In this document: one piece after another, positions 53,653-63,182 of the stretch | How positions within the stretch are numbered: the first letter of the stretch is position 1 | How the letters are laid out: every line of letters starts with the position of its first letter | From: Pseudonocardia sp. | GTDB lineage: Bacteria > Actinomycetota > Actinomycetes > Mycobacteriales > Pseudonocardiaceae | Assembly (NCBI GenBank): GCA_026785945.1 | Contig: JAJAZD010000286.1 | Span: forward strand, 13,063 to 77,062 | DNA length: 64,000 nucleotides | Reading direction: 5' to 3' | Translations under genes and position numbers: made by a program | Notes under the pieces: generated by a model | Seen by the model: the letters and a program-made list of their open reading frames with translations, nothing else | Database searches by the model: none | What the model was told of the DNA's origin: nothing

Positions 53653-55262
53653 GGCGTCAGATCCAGGTGCGCCCTGGTCACGAGCGACGACGCGGACTGC
53701 GGCTGCTCGAACGACACCTCGGCGTGCCTGCCGTCGACATCCAGTGTGGCGATCGTGTTGCCGAACAGCGGCCCGGCCTTCTTCTCCCAGCTCACGGGCT
53801 TGACCGGCGCGCCGGCTCCGCTGGCCCAGCGTTGCGCGAACCAGCGCCCCCCGCGCGACCAGCTCAGCCGGAACCCGGGCTTGATGTACCGGTCCATCTT
53901 GTTGTGCACGGGCGAGCAGGTGAGCTGGTGGACCTGCGCGGCGGGGCGGCCGGGCAGCTCGGCGCGTGCCGCGTAGCTGTGGTGGACGTCGCCGGACAGG
54001 ACGCTGACGGTCGCCGGCCCCCCGGCCGCGGCGCGCCCGATGATCGCGGTGAGCCGGTCGAACGACGCGCGGAACGCCGACCAGTGCTCGAGGTCGGCGG
54101 CCTGCCGGATCGACTCGCCGAGGCGGCCCCGCCACCCGGGGCGGGCGGCGGCGATCTCGTTGACCGTCTCCAGGTCGCCGAGCGCGTGCGGCAGCAGCCA
54201 GGGGATCGACGTGCCCAGGACGAGGTGGTCGACGCGCCCGGGGGCGGTGGCCTGCTCCTCGATCCAGCCGAACTCGCTCTCACCGAGCATCAGGCGCGCT
54301 CCGTCGTCGAGGATGCGACCATTGCGGGAGTCGATCATGACGAGGCGGCTGTGCCCGAGGTCCCAGCGGAAGCTGAACCGGACGCCCTTCGCGCCGTCGG
54401 TCTCGGCGTCGGCCCGGTCGGCCAGCTCGGCGAGCAGCGGCCACGTGTCACCGCCGTGCGTGACGATCTTGCGGTGGTCCGGGTCGGCGGCCAGCTCGTC
54501 GGGGGAGAGGTTGCCGATGTGCTGGTAGACCCAGTAGGACGCGAGCGCGGAGCGGATCCGCGTGCCCCACCACGACATCAGTCGGATCTCGTCACGCCAG
54601 GCAGCGGAGGTGTTCCAGTCGTCGCGCACGTCGTGGTCGTCGAAGATCATCGCGGTGGGCACCGTGGAGAGCAGCCAGCGGATCTCCGGGTCCGTCCACG
54701 CGTCGCGGTAGAGCCCCACGTACTCCTCATAGCCGACGATCTCGTCGTCGGGCCATTCCGGGTGGCGGTCGCTGCGGGCGGCGATGCGGCGACGGTTCTG
54801 CGGGGTCAGCTCGTCGGCGTAGACCTGGTCGCCGAGCAGCAGCAGCGCGTCGGGCCACTCCTGCGGCGGGCGCCGCGCCATCCGCACGGCGTAGGCGTCG
54901 AGGGCGTCGATGCCGAGCTGTGCGGCGAGCCCGGGCTCGGTGACCTTGGAGTAGCGGCACGAGCCGAAGATGATGCGCTTGTGGTGGTCCGACGTCGGCC
55001 CGCGCGTGCTGATGAGGCTGGCGGGGTACGCGCTGGTCGTCGGCGGCCAGACCTGCTCCCCGTCGAGCTCGACGGTGTAGGGCGTTCGCGTGTCGGGCGT
55101 CAGGCCCGTGACCGGCACGAGCGCGTAGTGGTGGTCGGACACCTCGAAGGTGCGGGCCTCGCACCCGAGGACCACGACGGTGGCGGGCGCGTCGGTCTGC
55201 ACCCATACCGACGCGGTGGTCTCGCCGACATGGCGGAGGATGGGGCCCAACGACAGTGGCAC
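53649..55262 (-). CDS. PhoD-like metallophosphatase
   Basis: FGSCR, LLLGDQVYAD, IFDDHDV.DDWN, LSGDVHH; no signal peptide. Confidence 0.87.
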   Translation of the reverse strand: MPLSLGPILRHVGETTASVWVQTDAPATVVVLGCEARTFEVSDHHYALVPVTGLTPDTRTPYTVELDGEQVWPPTTSAYPASLISTRGPTSDHHKRIIFGSCRYSKVTEPGLAAQLGIDALDAYAVRMARRPPQEWPDALLLLGDQVYADELTPQNRRRIAARSDRHPEWPDDEIVGYEEYVGLYRDAWTDPEIRWLLSTVPTAMIFDDHDVRDDWNTSAAWRDEIRLMSWWGTRIRSALASYWVYQHIGNLSPDELAADPDHRKIVTHGGDTWPLLAELADRADAETDGAKGVRFSFRWDLGHSRLVMIDSRNGRILDDGARLMLGESEFGWIEEQATAPGRVDHLVLGTSIPWLLPHALGDLETVNEIAAARPGWRGRLGESIRQAADLEHWSAFRASFDRLTAIIGRAAAGGPATVSVLSGDVHHSYAARAELPGRPAAQVHQLTCSPVHNKMDRYIKPGFRLSWSRGGRWFAQRWASGAGAPVKPVSWEKKAGPLFGNTIATLDVDGRHAEVSFEQPQSASSLVTRAHLDLTP

Positions 55263-55282
55263 ACGACGCAGCCTAACCGCGG

Positions 55283-56233
55283 TCAGACGTGATCGAGTGC
55301 CAGCAGCGCCGCACCGATCTTGCCGGCGTCGCCGCCGAACGCCGCGGGCACCACGGGGGCGACGCCCCGTGCGCCAGGCGCGTAGGCGAACTCGCGGGCC
55401 GCGGCCCTGGCGGGCGCCAGCAGCAGGTCACCGGTCTCCACGAGACCGCCGCCGACGACCACGGCGTCGACCTCGAAGATGTTGGCCAGCGACGCGATGC
55501 CGACGCCCAGCCACCGGCCCAGCCGTGCGAACAGCGCGGTCGCGACCTCGTCGCCCTGCTCGGCGGCGGTCGCCACGGTCTGGCCGGTCACCTCGCCCTG
55601 CTCGGCGCCCAGGCGCGCGATGAGCCCGCCGGGATCGTCGGTGGCCGCGTCCCGTCCCATCCGCGTCAGGGCGGTGCCCGAGGCGTACGCCTCGAAACAG
55701 CCGTGGTTGCCGCAGCCGCAGCGCGGGCCGTCGGGGTTGAGGACGATGTGGCCGAGTTCGGCGCCCATCCCCGTCGGGCCGCGGTAGATCGCGCCGTCGA
55801 AGACGAGACCGCCGCCGATACCGGTACCGACGGTCACCAGCACCATGTTGGGGTAAGGCTCGCCCAGGCGGGACTCGGCGAGCGCCGCCACGTTGGCATC
55901 GTTGTCGACGACGACGGGCAGCAGCGTGGCCTGCTCCAGCTGCGCACGCACGGGCCAGTTGCGGTAGGCGTTGTTCGGCGCCCACAGCATCCTCCCGACC
56001 GGCCACTCGACGAGGCCGGCCGCCCCGACGCCGATCGTCACCACCTCGGGGTGCGCGGCGCGGAGCCGGTCGATCAGGTCGAGCAGTACGGCCCTGACCG
56101 CCTCCGCGTCGGACTTCTCCGGCGTGGGCTCCACCAGCTCAGCCAGCACGGTGCCCTGCTCGTCGACCACCGCCCCGGCGATCTTGGTGCCGCCGATGTC
56201 GAGGCCGATCGCCCGCCGCGCGCTGCTCGTCAT
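55283..56233 (-). CDS. ROK family sugar kinase (glucokinase-like)
   Basis: GLDIGGTK, DNDANVAALAE, GTGIGGG, ELGH, CGCGNHGCFE. Confidence 0.92.
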   Translation of the reverse strand: MTSSARRAIGLDIGGTKIAGAVVDEQGTVLAELVEPTPEKSDAEAVRAVLLDLIDRLRAAHPEVVTIGVGAAGLVEWPVGRMLWAPNNAYRNWPVRAQLEQATLLPVVVDNDANVAALAESRLGEPYPNMVLVTVGTGIGGGLVFDGAIYRGPTGMGAELGHIVLNPDGPRCGCGNHGCFEAYASGTALTRMGRDAATDDPGGLIARLGAEQGEVTGQTVATAAEQGDEVATALFARLGRWLGVGIASLANIFEVDAVVVGGGLVETGDLLLAPARAAAREFAYAPGARGVAPVVPAAFGGDAGKIGAALLALDHV

Positions 56234-56296
56234 CGGCGCATGATCCCATCACGGCCCATCACGATTAGGGAGCGGGCTGTCCGGGTACGTTGCGGC

Positions 56297-57424
56297 ATGC
56301 TTCTTCGACGAGTCGCTCGGCCCCTGCTCGCGGGCATCTTCATCTACGGCGGCATCAACACCCTCAGGAACCCCCAGGGCCACGTACAGGTCGCGAAGCC
56401 GGTGCTGAACGCCGTCTCACCCGCGGTCGACCAGGTCGTCGAGGTGGCCCCCATCGACCACCGCCCGGACGACGAGCTGCTCGTCACGATCGACGGCGCG
56501 GTCAAGGTCGCGGCCGGCTCGCTCCTGGCGCTCGGCGTGTGGCCGCGTCTGGCGTCCGTGGCGCTGGCCGCGTCGCTCGTCCCGACGACCCTGGCCGGGC
56601 ACCGCTTCTGGGAGGCGACCGACCCCCAGGAGCGCACCGACCAGCAGATCCAGTTCCTCAAGAACCTCGGCCTGCTCGGCGGGCTGCTGATCGCCGCCGC
56701 CGACACCGAGGGCAAGCCCTCACTCGGTTGGCGCGGCCGCCGGGCCGCCTCGCTCGCCACCGCGGCCGCGGCGGCCCAGGCCTCGGCCCTGTCGCAGACC
56801 GCGTCCGACGTCTCGAACCGCGTCTCGGACGTCGCCCACGACGTCACCGGCCGCGTGACGGGCACGGCGCACGACGCCTCGGCCACCGTCGGCGGGATCG
56901 CCGCGGGCCTGGTCGGGCTCGCCCCCGGCGCCGGTGCGGCGATGTCCTCGCGCGCGTCCAAGGCGGGTGCGGACCTGTCCTCACGGGCGTCGGTGCTGAG
57001 CGAGGACTGGACCGCCCGTGCGGTCAAGGCCGCGAAGAGGGCCGAGAAGCGGGGAGTGAAGCTGCAGAAGCTGGCAGCCAGGAGGCGCAAGGAGCTGGAG
57101 AAGGTCGCGGGGAAGAAGCGCGCCGAGCTGGAGAAGGCCGCGGGGAAGAAGCGGGCCGAGCTGGAGCGCTCCGCGGGGAAGCGGTCCGCGTCGCTGCAGA
57201 AGCGGGCGTCCAAGCGGGTCGCCGAGCTGCAGAAGGCGGCGCAGGACAGCCGCGCCGAGCTGGAGAAGCGGGCCCCTGCCGTCATCGACCAGGTGACCAC
57301 CCAGGCCGCGAAGCTCGGGCACGACGTGGCCGAGCGCGCGTCCGCGGTGGGTGCCGAGGTCGTGCACCAGGCCGAGGGTGTGGCCAAGGACGCCCGCAAG
57401 CGGGCCCACGCGCTGACGCGCTGA
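56297..57424 (+). CDS. DoxX-family membrane protein with long C-terminal 11-mer helical repeats
   Basis: RPLLAGIFIYGG, TTLAGHRFWE, FLKNLGLLGGLL; KRAELEKAAGK-type repeats. Confidence 0.85.
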   Translation: MLLRRVARPLLAGIFIYGGINTLRNPQGHVQVAKPVLNAVSPAVDQVVEVAPIDHRPDDELLVTIDGAVKVAAGSLLALGVWPRLASVALAASLVPTTLAGHRFWEATDPQERTDQQIQFLKNLGLLGGLLIAAADTEGKPSLGWRGRRAASLATAAAAAQASALSQTASDVSNRVSDVAHDVTGRVTGTAHDASATVGGIAAGLVGLAPGAGAAMSSRASKAGADLSSRASVLSEDWTARAVKAAKRAEKRGVKLQKLAARRRKELEKVAGKKRAELEKAAGKKRAELERSAGKRSASLQKRASKRVAELQKAAQDSRAELEKRAPAVIDQVTTQAAKLGHDVAERASAVGAEVVHQAEGVAKDARKRAHALTR

Positions 57425-57440
57425 CTGCCGCCGGGCGGCC

Positions 57441-57530
57441 GCCCCCCCCGCGCCCCGCGCCCCCCCCCCCCCCGGGGCCCCCCGCGGCCCCCGGGGCCGC
57501 GCGCCCCCCCGCCCCCGTCCCCGGGGCGGG
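57441..57530. repeat. C-rich low-complexity tract (13-C run)
   Basis: Almost entirely C/G, multiple C runs. Confidence 0.7.
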
Positions 57531-57600
57531 GCCCGAACGCGTGGGCTGCCACAGGCCACGGCACCTGACGACGTCACTCCCGCTAACCTGACCGCACACT

Positions 57601-57675
57601 GGGGCGGTAGCTCAGCTGGTCAGAGCAGCGGACTCATAATCCGTCAGGTCGTGGGTTCGAACCCCACCCGCCCCA
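57601..57675 (+). tRNA. tRNA with CAT anticodon, most likely Ile2 (lysidine type); CCA not encoded
   Basis: GGGGCGG/CCGCCCC acceptor, TAGCTCAG D-arm, GCGGA-CTCATAA-TCCGT, GTGGG-TTCGAAC-CCCAC; lacks initiator C1:A72 and GGG:CCC features. Confidence 0.93.
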
Positions 57676-57732
57676 CATACGCGCAGGTCAGCGAGTCGCT
57701 GAGTCGCCTCCGGTACGCTACAGCGGTCCGAT

Positions 57733-57754
57733 CCCACGAAAACCCCACGGAAAC
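57733..57754 (+). repeat. Tandem 11-bp direct repeats, candidate integrase arm sites
   Basis: CCCACGAAAAC CCCACGGAAAC between tRNA 3' end and int. Confidence 0.5.
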
Positions 57755-57777
57755 CCGTGGCGGAGGGGGCGAGATCG

Positions 57778-59004
57778 ATGGCGCGACCACCGTTAGCGAT
57801 GGGTACCCACGGCAGCATCTCTGTGAAGAAGCCCGTGGGCGGCCCGAGTTGGGTCGCGCGTTGCCGGTTCCGCGACTTCGACGGTGTGACCCGCTCGCTG
57901 GAGTACGTCGGCCGGTCGAAGACGGCGGCCGCGGCTGCGTTGCAGGACGCGCTGCAGGACCGGATGGGTTCGCCGAAGGCCCAGCTGAGGCCGCAGTACA
58001 CGTTCGAGCGAGCCTCGGAGATGTGGCTGTCCAAGCTCGATGCCCAGGTGGCCGAGGGCACGCGGGCGACGACGACGGCTGACACCTACCGGCAGCGCCT
58101 GCGGTCGGTGATCCTCCCGGCGATGGGGCAGTGGCGGCTCTACGAGTGCACGGTGCCGCAGCTGGACGGCTTCTTCCGGGGCCTCACGGCGACCCAGAGC
58201 GCGCAGTCCCGTAGGACGATCCGGACTGTCGTCTCGTTGATCCTGCGGCTGGCCGTGCAGCACGAGGCAATCCGGGACAACCCCGTCCGGCACCTGGACC
58301 CGATCGAGTCCGGCTTGCGGAGGCCGCGGGCCCTCACCACCGCGGAGCGCAGTCGCTTCCTGGGGTGGATGGGTGGTGTGTCGGAGGACGAGACCGAAGC
58401 GCGGGCCCAGGCGGCAGCGCGCCGGCGCGACCTGCCCGACATCGTCACGTTCATGCTCGGCACCGGGGTGCGCATCGGTGAGGCCCTGGCGGTCCGGTGG
58501 TGCGATGTCGACCTCGAGGGCGTGCCTGTAGTCGACGGGGACGAGCTGCGTGCGGTGCCCATCGTCGCCATCACCGGGAACGTCGTGCGACACCGCGGGA
58601 AGGGTCTGCACCGGCACGCCGGCAAGACCGAGATGGCGTTGCGGATCGTGCCGCTGCCGCGGTTCGTCGTGGCGACGCTCGCTGCACGAGAGATGCATGG
58701 GCCGGAGGTGCCAGTCTTCCCAGCTGCGGGAAGCAAGCGGGCGGGCCTGAACTGGAAAGACCCGAACAACATGTCGACCTACATCCGCGAGGCACGCCAG
58801 GCGGCGGGGATGGATTGGCCGGTCACCAGTCACACCTTCCGCAAGACGGCTGCGACGGTCTGGCACGACTCCGGGCTGCTGACGGGTCGGCAGAAGGCGG
58901 ACCTGACTGGCCACGCGAAGATCAGCACGCTGACCGACATCTACGTCGCGCGAGGGGAGCTCCACCCGCAGGGGGCGGCAGTGATGGACGCCGCGTGGGC
59001 TTGA
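57778..59004 (+). CDS. Tyrosine site-specific integrase
   Basis: MARPPLAMGTHGSI N-terminus; R (GVRIGE), K (GKT), HxxR (HTFR), GH, Y (TDIY) all present. Confidence 0.93.
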   Translation: MARPPLAMGTHGSISVKKPVGGPSWVARCRFRDFDGVTRSLEYVGRSKTAAAAALQDALQDRMGSPKAQLRPQYTFERASEMWLSKLDAQVAEGTRATTTADTYRQRLRSVILPAMGQWRLYECTVPQLDGFFRGLTATQSAQSRRTIRTVVSLILRLAVQHEAIRDNPVRHLDPIESGLRRPRALTTAERSRFLGWMGGVSEDETEARAQAAARRRDLPDIVTFMLGTGVRIGEALAVRWCDVDLEGVPVVDGDELRAVPIVAITGNVVRHRGKGLHRHAGKTEMALRIVPLPRFVVATLAAREMHGPEVPVFPAAGSKRAGLNWKDPNNMSTYIREARQAAGMDWPVTSHTFRKTAATVWHDSGLLTGRQKADLTGHAKISTLTDIYVARGELHPQGAAVMDAAWA

Positions 59005-59165
59005 CACATGAATTGATCCTCGAACATTCAAATGTAACGCGTGCCGTGTTGGCCACTTAGGACTTGAATGTAACGTTCTCTTGCTCCACGGCGAAGTACA
59101 GGCGGAAGTTGTCAATAGTCCTGACATGACCTGCCAATGTACAAATTTTCCAGAATGGGGCCAGC

Positions 59166-62100
59166 GTGAGCGCGGCAGGACTCGAAGGTGCAGCTATCAA
59201 GTTCGGGATCACGATTGCGAATGCGGCGGTTCGAGCGATTGCCTCGCAGCAAGAGAAGCGCCAGATCTCAACGAAAGGTCTTGTCGAACTAGCTGATCAG
59301 CGGTTGTCGCCCATCAATCGTTGGGCAGCAAATCGAAGAATCGACGATATCGGCGAAAAGATTGCGCGCCGACTTGAGCCCCTGTACGCTAACGAATTTG
59401 TCGGTACGACTGACGACGACAGAAGCATGGTAATTGCGTTGGCGTCAAGTCTGATAGAGGAGGCAGATATAGATGACCGTATGCTATTTGACGTCGGCAT
59501 GTCTGCGAGGGTTCTTGCTGATCATATTTGGGGGTCTGCTCGAAAGAAAATTGTCCAATCACAGTTGGGATCACGAGACGAGGAATTACTTCAGAGGGCT
59601 TTGCTTGAGGGATGTCAGTGTCTGCTTCAGACCGTATTGATTCTGAAGCCGTTCGTGGCTCGAGCGATCTTGGAGGTGCTGGTCCAGCAGAAAGGCTTCG
59701 AAGATCGGTTAGATGAATTGCTGAGTCGGGGTCAGCGGCCTCTGTTCCGCTCTCGCATGGGGCCTGACGAAGAAGGATACCTTAGTGCGTACCAGGCTGT
59801 CGTTGTTGCGCAACTGGACCATCTTGACATCTTCGGAATCGAAGTCACGTCACGTTTGCGGTTGAAGCTCAGTCTAGGCTACCTCGGTCTTTCTGTGGAG
59901 ACTGAGAGCAGTGATTCCGTGATGAGGCCGGTCGACCCAAAGTATTACGTGGATAGCTCAGCTAATCAAACCCATAAGCTGCCAGTTACGGAAGCCTTTG
60001 GCAAGGGGCGGCGCTTCCTTGTTAGGGGTGAAGCTGGGTCCGGCAAGAGTACTCTTCTTCGGTGGATAGCAGTAACTGCGGCTCTGAAAGAGTTTACTGG
60101 TGATCTCCAGAGCTGGAATTCTCTAACTCCTTTCATGTTGAAGCTGCGTTCCTACGCGTCAAAGTCACTTCCTACAGTGGAGGAGCTCGTTAGAGATCTG
60201 GCTCCCAGTCTGTCGGATGCGAAGCCTGACGACTGGGTTCATCGGACTTTCAGCGCTGGAAACGGCCTATTGCTAATTGATGGACTGGATGAGCTTGAGG
60301 ATAGCAAACGCTACGAGGTACATGCATGGATAACTGGTCTACTAACGACATTCCCGGCATTGACAGTCATAGTTACTACCCGACCATCTGCAGTCGAGCC
60401 TAGATGGCTATCCGAAGTCAATTTTGTGTCCCTCGCGATCGAGCCGCTTTCCCCGCCGGAATGCCGGGCATTTGTCCATCGCTGGCATGATGCAGCCGCT
60501 GCTGCCGAATACCTGCCATGTGATGTCTCGGAGCTCCCCGTATATGAGAGCGGTCTTCTGCGTGAGTTGGACGCGAAACTGCACCTTAGGTCTCTCGCGT
60601 CCAGTCCACTTCTCGCTGCCATGATTTGCGCGCTCAACTTGGATCGCGACGGGCAGCTACCTGAGAGCCGTCGCGACTTGTACGAGTCTGCCCTTGACCT
60701 GCTCCTTGTCAGGCGGGATCGTAAACGAAACATCACCGCCAAGAACGTGCAGTTGACGAAATCAGCGAAGATTACCATTCTCAGGAATCTGGCACTGCAC
60801 CTGAGCCTCAACAATCGAACGGAGATATCTACTGCAGGCGCCTTATCGAATATTGCTCAGGCAATGAAAGTGCTTCCAGAGCAGCCGAATGAGCCTAATG
60901 AGGTGCTCGAATATCTGAAGCAGCGAAGCGGCGTGATTCGAGAACCGACAAATGGTCGACTCGACTTTATTCACAAGACATTCCAAGAATTCCTGACGGC
61001 CCAAGCGGTTGTGGAGCTGGACTTGACCGGACTGCTGATCGAGAACGCAGACAAGGATAGATGGCGTGAGGTGATCCTGATGTTTCCTGCGCAGGCCACC
61101 GAGCCTCAGCGGAAGATGCTGATACGTGGCCTTATTGATCGAGCTACCGATAGCTTGGGTCGACAGAGGTTGCAGTTGAGGTTGCTATCTGCGGTCTGCG
61201 CTCAATACCTGGTAAATAATCCGGCGCTTCGCGAGGAGACGTTGACGTTGATTGGCCAGGTACTTCCTCCTCGCGATCTTGCATCGGCCGCGATGCTTGC
61301 ATCAATGGGGGAATCTGTCTTGCCCATGTTGGCTCCTCGAATTGAGGATCTGGATGAATCGGCTGGGCTCGCATCGATAAAGACTGCAGCGATGATCGGG
61401 GGGCAGAGTGCGTTGAATCTTTTGTCACACTACGCATCTGACTCACGATCACGGCTTCAGCAAGCACTAATTGAATCTTGGGAGTATTTTCAATCTGAAG
61501 TTTTCGCGAGAGATGTCCTTAAGGATGCGGCACTTGATTCTGGATCCGTTACGCTCGCGACGACTAGACCTATCCGGCACTTGAGTCATCTCCGCAATAT
61601 TCGGCGACTACGAATTGATCTTGCACGACTTGTGCGAGATAGAGACCCGCGAATTCAAGAGGACCTCGCCTTTTTGGTTGACGTACCACAGCTGGTTCGA
61701 CTGGACCTCGATACGCGAGGAATTACTAACCTGTCGTTCTTGAACCAGCTAATATATATCGAAGAGTTGTCGCTCTGGGGCGCGGCTGGACTCGTGTCGG
61801 GAGATGTATTGCAAGGCATGGCCGCGTTGAAACGGCTATTGCTCAGTGAGGCGTTTTTGAAGGATGGACTGCAGTCGCTAGGCGGGGTGTTATCGAGACT
61901 TCAAACTCTCGGTCTGACGAGCATGATGGGGTCTGTCGACTTCAATCACTTGCTACCGGCGAATCTCCGAACATTGTCGCTACGAAAATGCAAAATAGTT
62001 GGATGGGAGCAAGTCTCCCGAATGTCTACTATCCAATCGCTACGAATCGAGCGCTGCACGACGATCGCCCTGCCGTTAAAGCACCTCTCAGAACTTAAGC

Positions 62101-62276
62101 AGCTCGCGCATCTCGCGATAATGAAGATGCCTGCGAATCTTGTCGCCGATCTCGGTGCTCTCGCTGAGATGGAATCGTTGTCCACTCTTGAAATAGATGT
62201 TCCGTTGTCGGCCGACTTGAGACAGAAGCTTGAAGATGGAGGCGTAGCCGTCAACTCGGCACGGCCGAGTCGTTGA
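59166..62276 (+). CDS. NACHT NTPase with N-terminal helical domain and C-terminal LRR-like repeats (bacterial NLR-like)
   Basis: Walker A GEAGSGKST (60027-53), Walker B LLLIDGLDE, TTRP, PLLAAMIC, FIHKTFQEFL, LxxLxL repeats; GC ~50-55% by eye. Confidence 0.88.
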   Translation: MSAAGLEGAAIKFGITIANAAVRAIASQQEKRQISTKGLVELADQRLSPINRWAANRRIDDIGEKIARRLEPLYANEFVGTTDDDRSMVIALASSLIEEADIDDRMLFDVGMSARVLADHIWGSARKKIVQSQLGSRDEELLQRALLEGCQCLLQTVLILKPFVARAILEVLVQQKGFEDRLDELLSRGQRPLFRSRMGPDEEGYLSAYQAVVVAQLDHLDIFGIEVTSRLRLKLSLGYLGLSVETESSDSVMRPVDPKYYVDSSANQTHKLPVTEAFGKGRRFLVRGEAGSGKSTLLRWIAVTAALKEFTGDLQSWNSLTPFMLKLRSYASKSLPTVEELVRDLAPSLSDAKPDDWVHRTFSAGNGLLLIDGLDELEDSKRYEVHAWITGLLTTFPALTVIVTTRPSAVEPRWLSEVNFVSLAIEPLSPPECRAFVHRWHDAAAAAEYLPCDVSELPVYESGLLRELDAKLHLRSLASSPLLAAMICALNLDRDGQLPESRRDLYESALDLLLVRRDRKRNITAKNVQLTKSAKITILRNLALHLSLNNRTEISTAGALSNIAQAMKVLPEQPNEPNEVLEYLKQRSGVIREPTNGRLDFIHKTFQEFLTAQAVVELDLTGLLIENADKDRWREVILMFPAQATEPQRKMLIRGLIDRATDSLGRQRLQLRLLSAVCAQYLVNNPALREETLTLIGQVLPPRDLASAAMLASMGESVLPMLAPRIEDLDESAGLASIKTAAMIGGQSALNLLSHYASDSRSRLQQALIESWEYFQSEVFARDVLKDAALDSGSVTLATTRPIRHLSHLRNIRRLRIDLARLVRDRDPRIQEDLAFLVDVPQLVRLDLDTRGITNLSFLNQLIYIEELSLWGAAGLVSGDVLQGMAALKRLLLSEAFLKDGLQSLGGVLSRLQTLGLTSMMGSVDFNHLLPANLRTLSLRKCKIVGWEQVSRMSTIQSLRIERCTTIALPLKHLSELKQLAHLAIMKMPANLVADLGALAEMESLSTLEIDVPLSADLRQKLEDGGVAVNSARPSR

Positions 62277-62523
62277 TGCGTTGGCCCTCCTGAGAGCCGT
62301 TCATGCATTTGATAGTTGCGCGGGCCGCGCGGGACTCGACGTCCGGGACCGCCGTCTGCGCCTGCGCCGAAGTGCTCAAGAAGGCTGCAAGGTGTGCCGT
62401 CGAGTGGCGTCCAGATGTCGACATGCTGCTCGGCGGACGGGCCAAGAACTGATCGGACGTGCCGCGGGTGTTGTCGAGATGGGAGCATGTTGGTGACGTT
62501 GAGCCAACCGATCGGAGCGGTGC

Positions 62524-63182
62524 ATGGGCAAGCAGGTAGGCGTGGGGGCGCGGTGGCTCCACGTGGCTGAGACCGTGGCCGCTGCTCCGCCCGATGGGTC
62601 GGACGTCGGCGAGGTGATTCGCTGGTATCGCCAACGTGAGGGGCTGACCCAGCAGGACGCGGCGACGCTGCTCAACACGACGCAGTCCCGGCTGTCGAAG
62701 CTGGAGAAGGGCTCGCAGGCTCTCCGTGACATCGTCGAGCTGCGCCACGTCGCGAGCAAGCTCGGCATCCCGCCGGAACGGCTGGGGGTACTGCCGGACC
62801 GTTCGGGCGACGCCACGCCACGTGCCGAGGCGGTCAGCCTCGATCCGGGGCCAGTTCGCGATAGCCAGGAGCGGTGGCGGGGGGTCCGGGCCGAGTTGAA
62901 CGGGCATCGGGCGCTGCTTGGCGACTTGGCGTCTGACCTCTACCCGGCCGAGCAGCGAATCGCCGGGACGAGCGTCCTGACTGCCGAGGGTTGGATGCCG
63001 GACGAGCCCGTGGACCTGGCGGCCGTCGAGGTGCAGTGGTTGCCTGAGTCCCCGCCGTCGGACATCACAGGCAAGGCGCTCGAGGCCGCCGGGTCCCGCG
63101 CGGCGCTGCCGTCGGGCAAGCCTTATGACCGGTACTCCCGCGCGCTGAGGGATCTCGCCCGGCCGAAGCTGTTCGACAACCG
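62524..63182 (+). pseudogene. XRE-family HTH protein, copy 1, 3'-truncated
   Basis: VIRWYRQREGLTQQDAATLLNTTQSRLSKLEKG; similarity to copy 2 stops at LFDNR, then ORF runs out of frame to 63270. Confidence 0.8.

Noticed and set aside
57601-57675. Initiator or elongator tRNA-Met
   Set aside because: G1:C72 paired and no three GC pairs in the anticodon stem, so not initiator; GGGGCGG acceptor fits actinobacterial Ile2 better, though elongator Met is not fully excluded.
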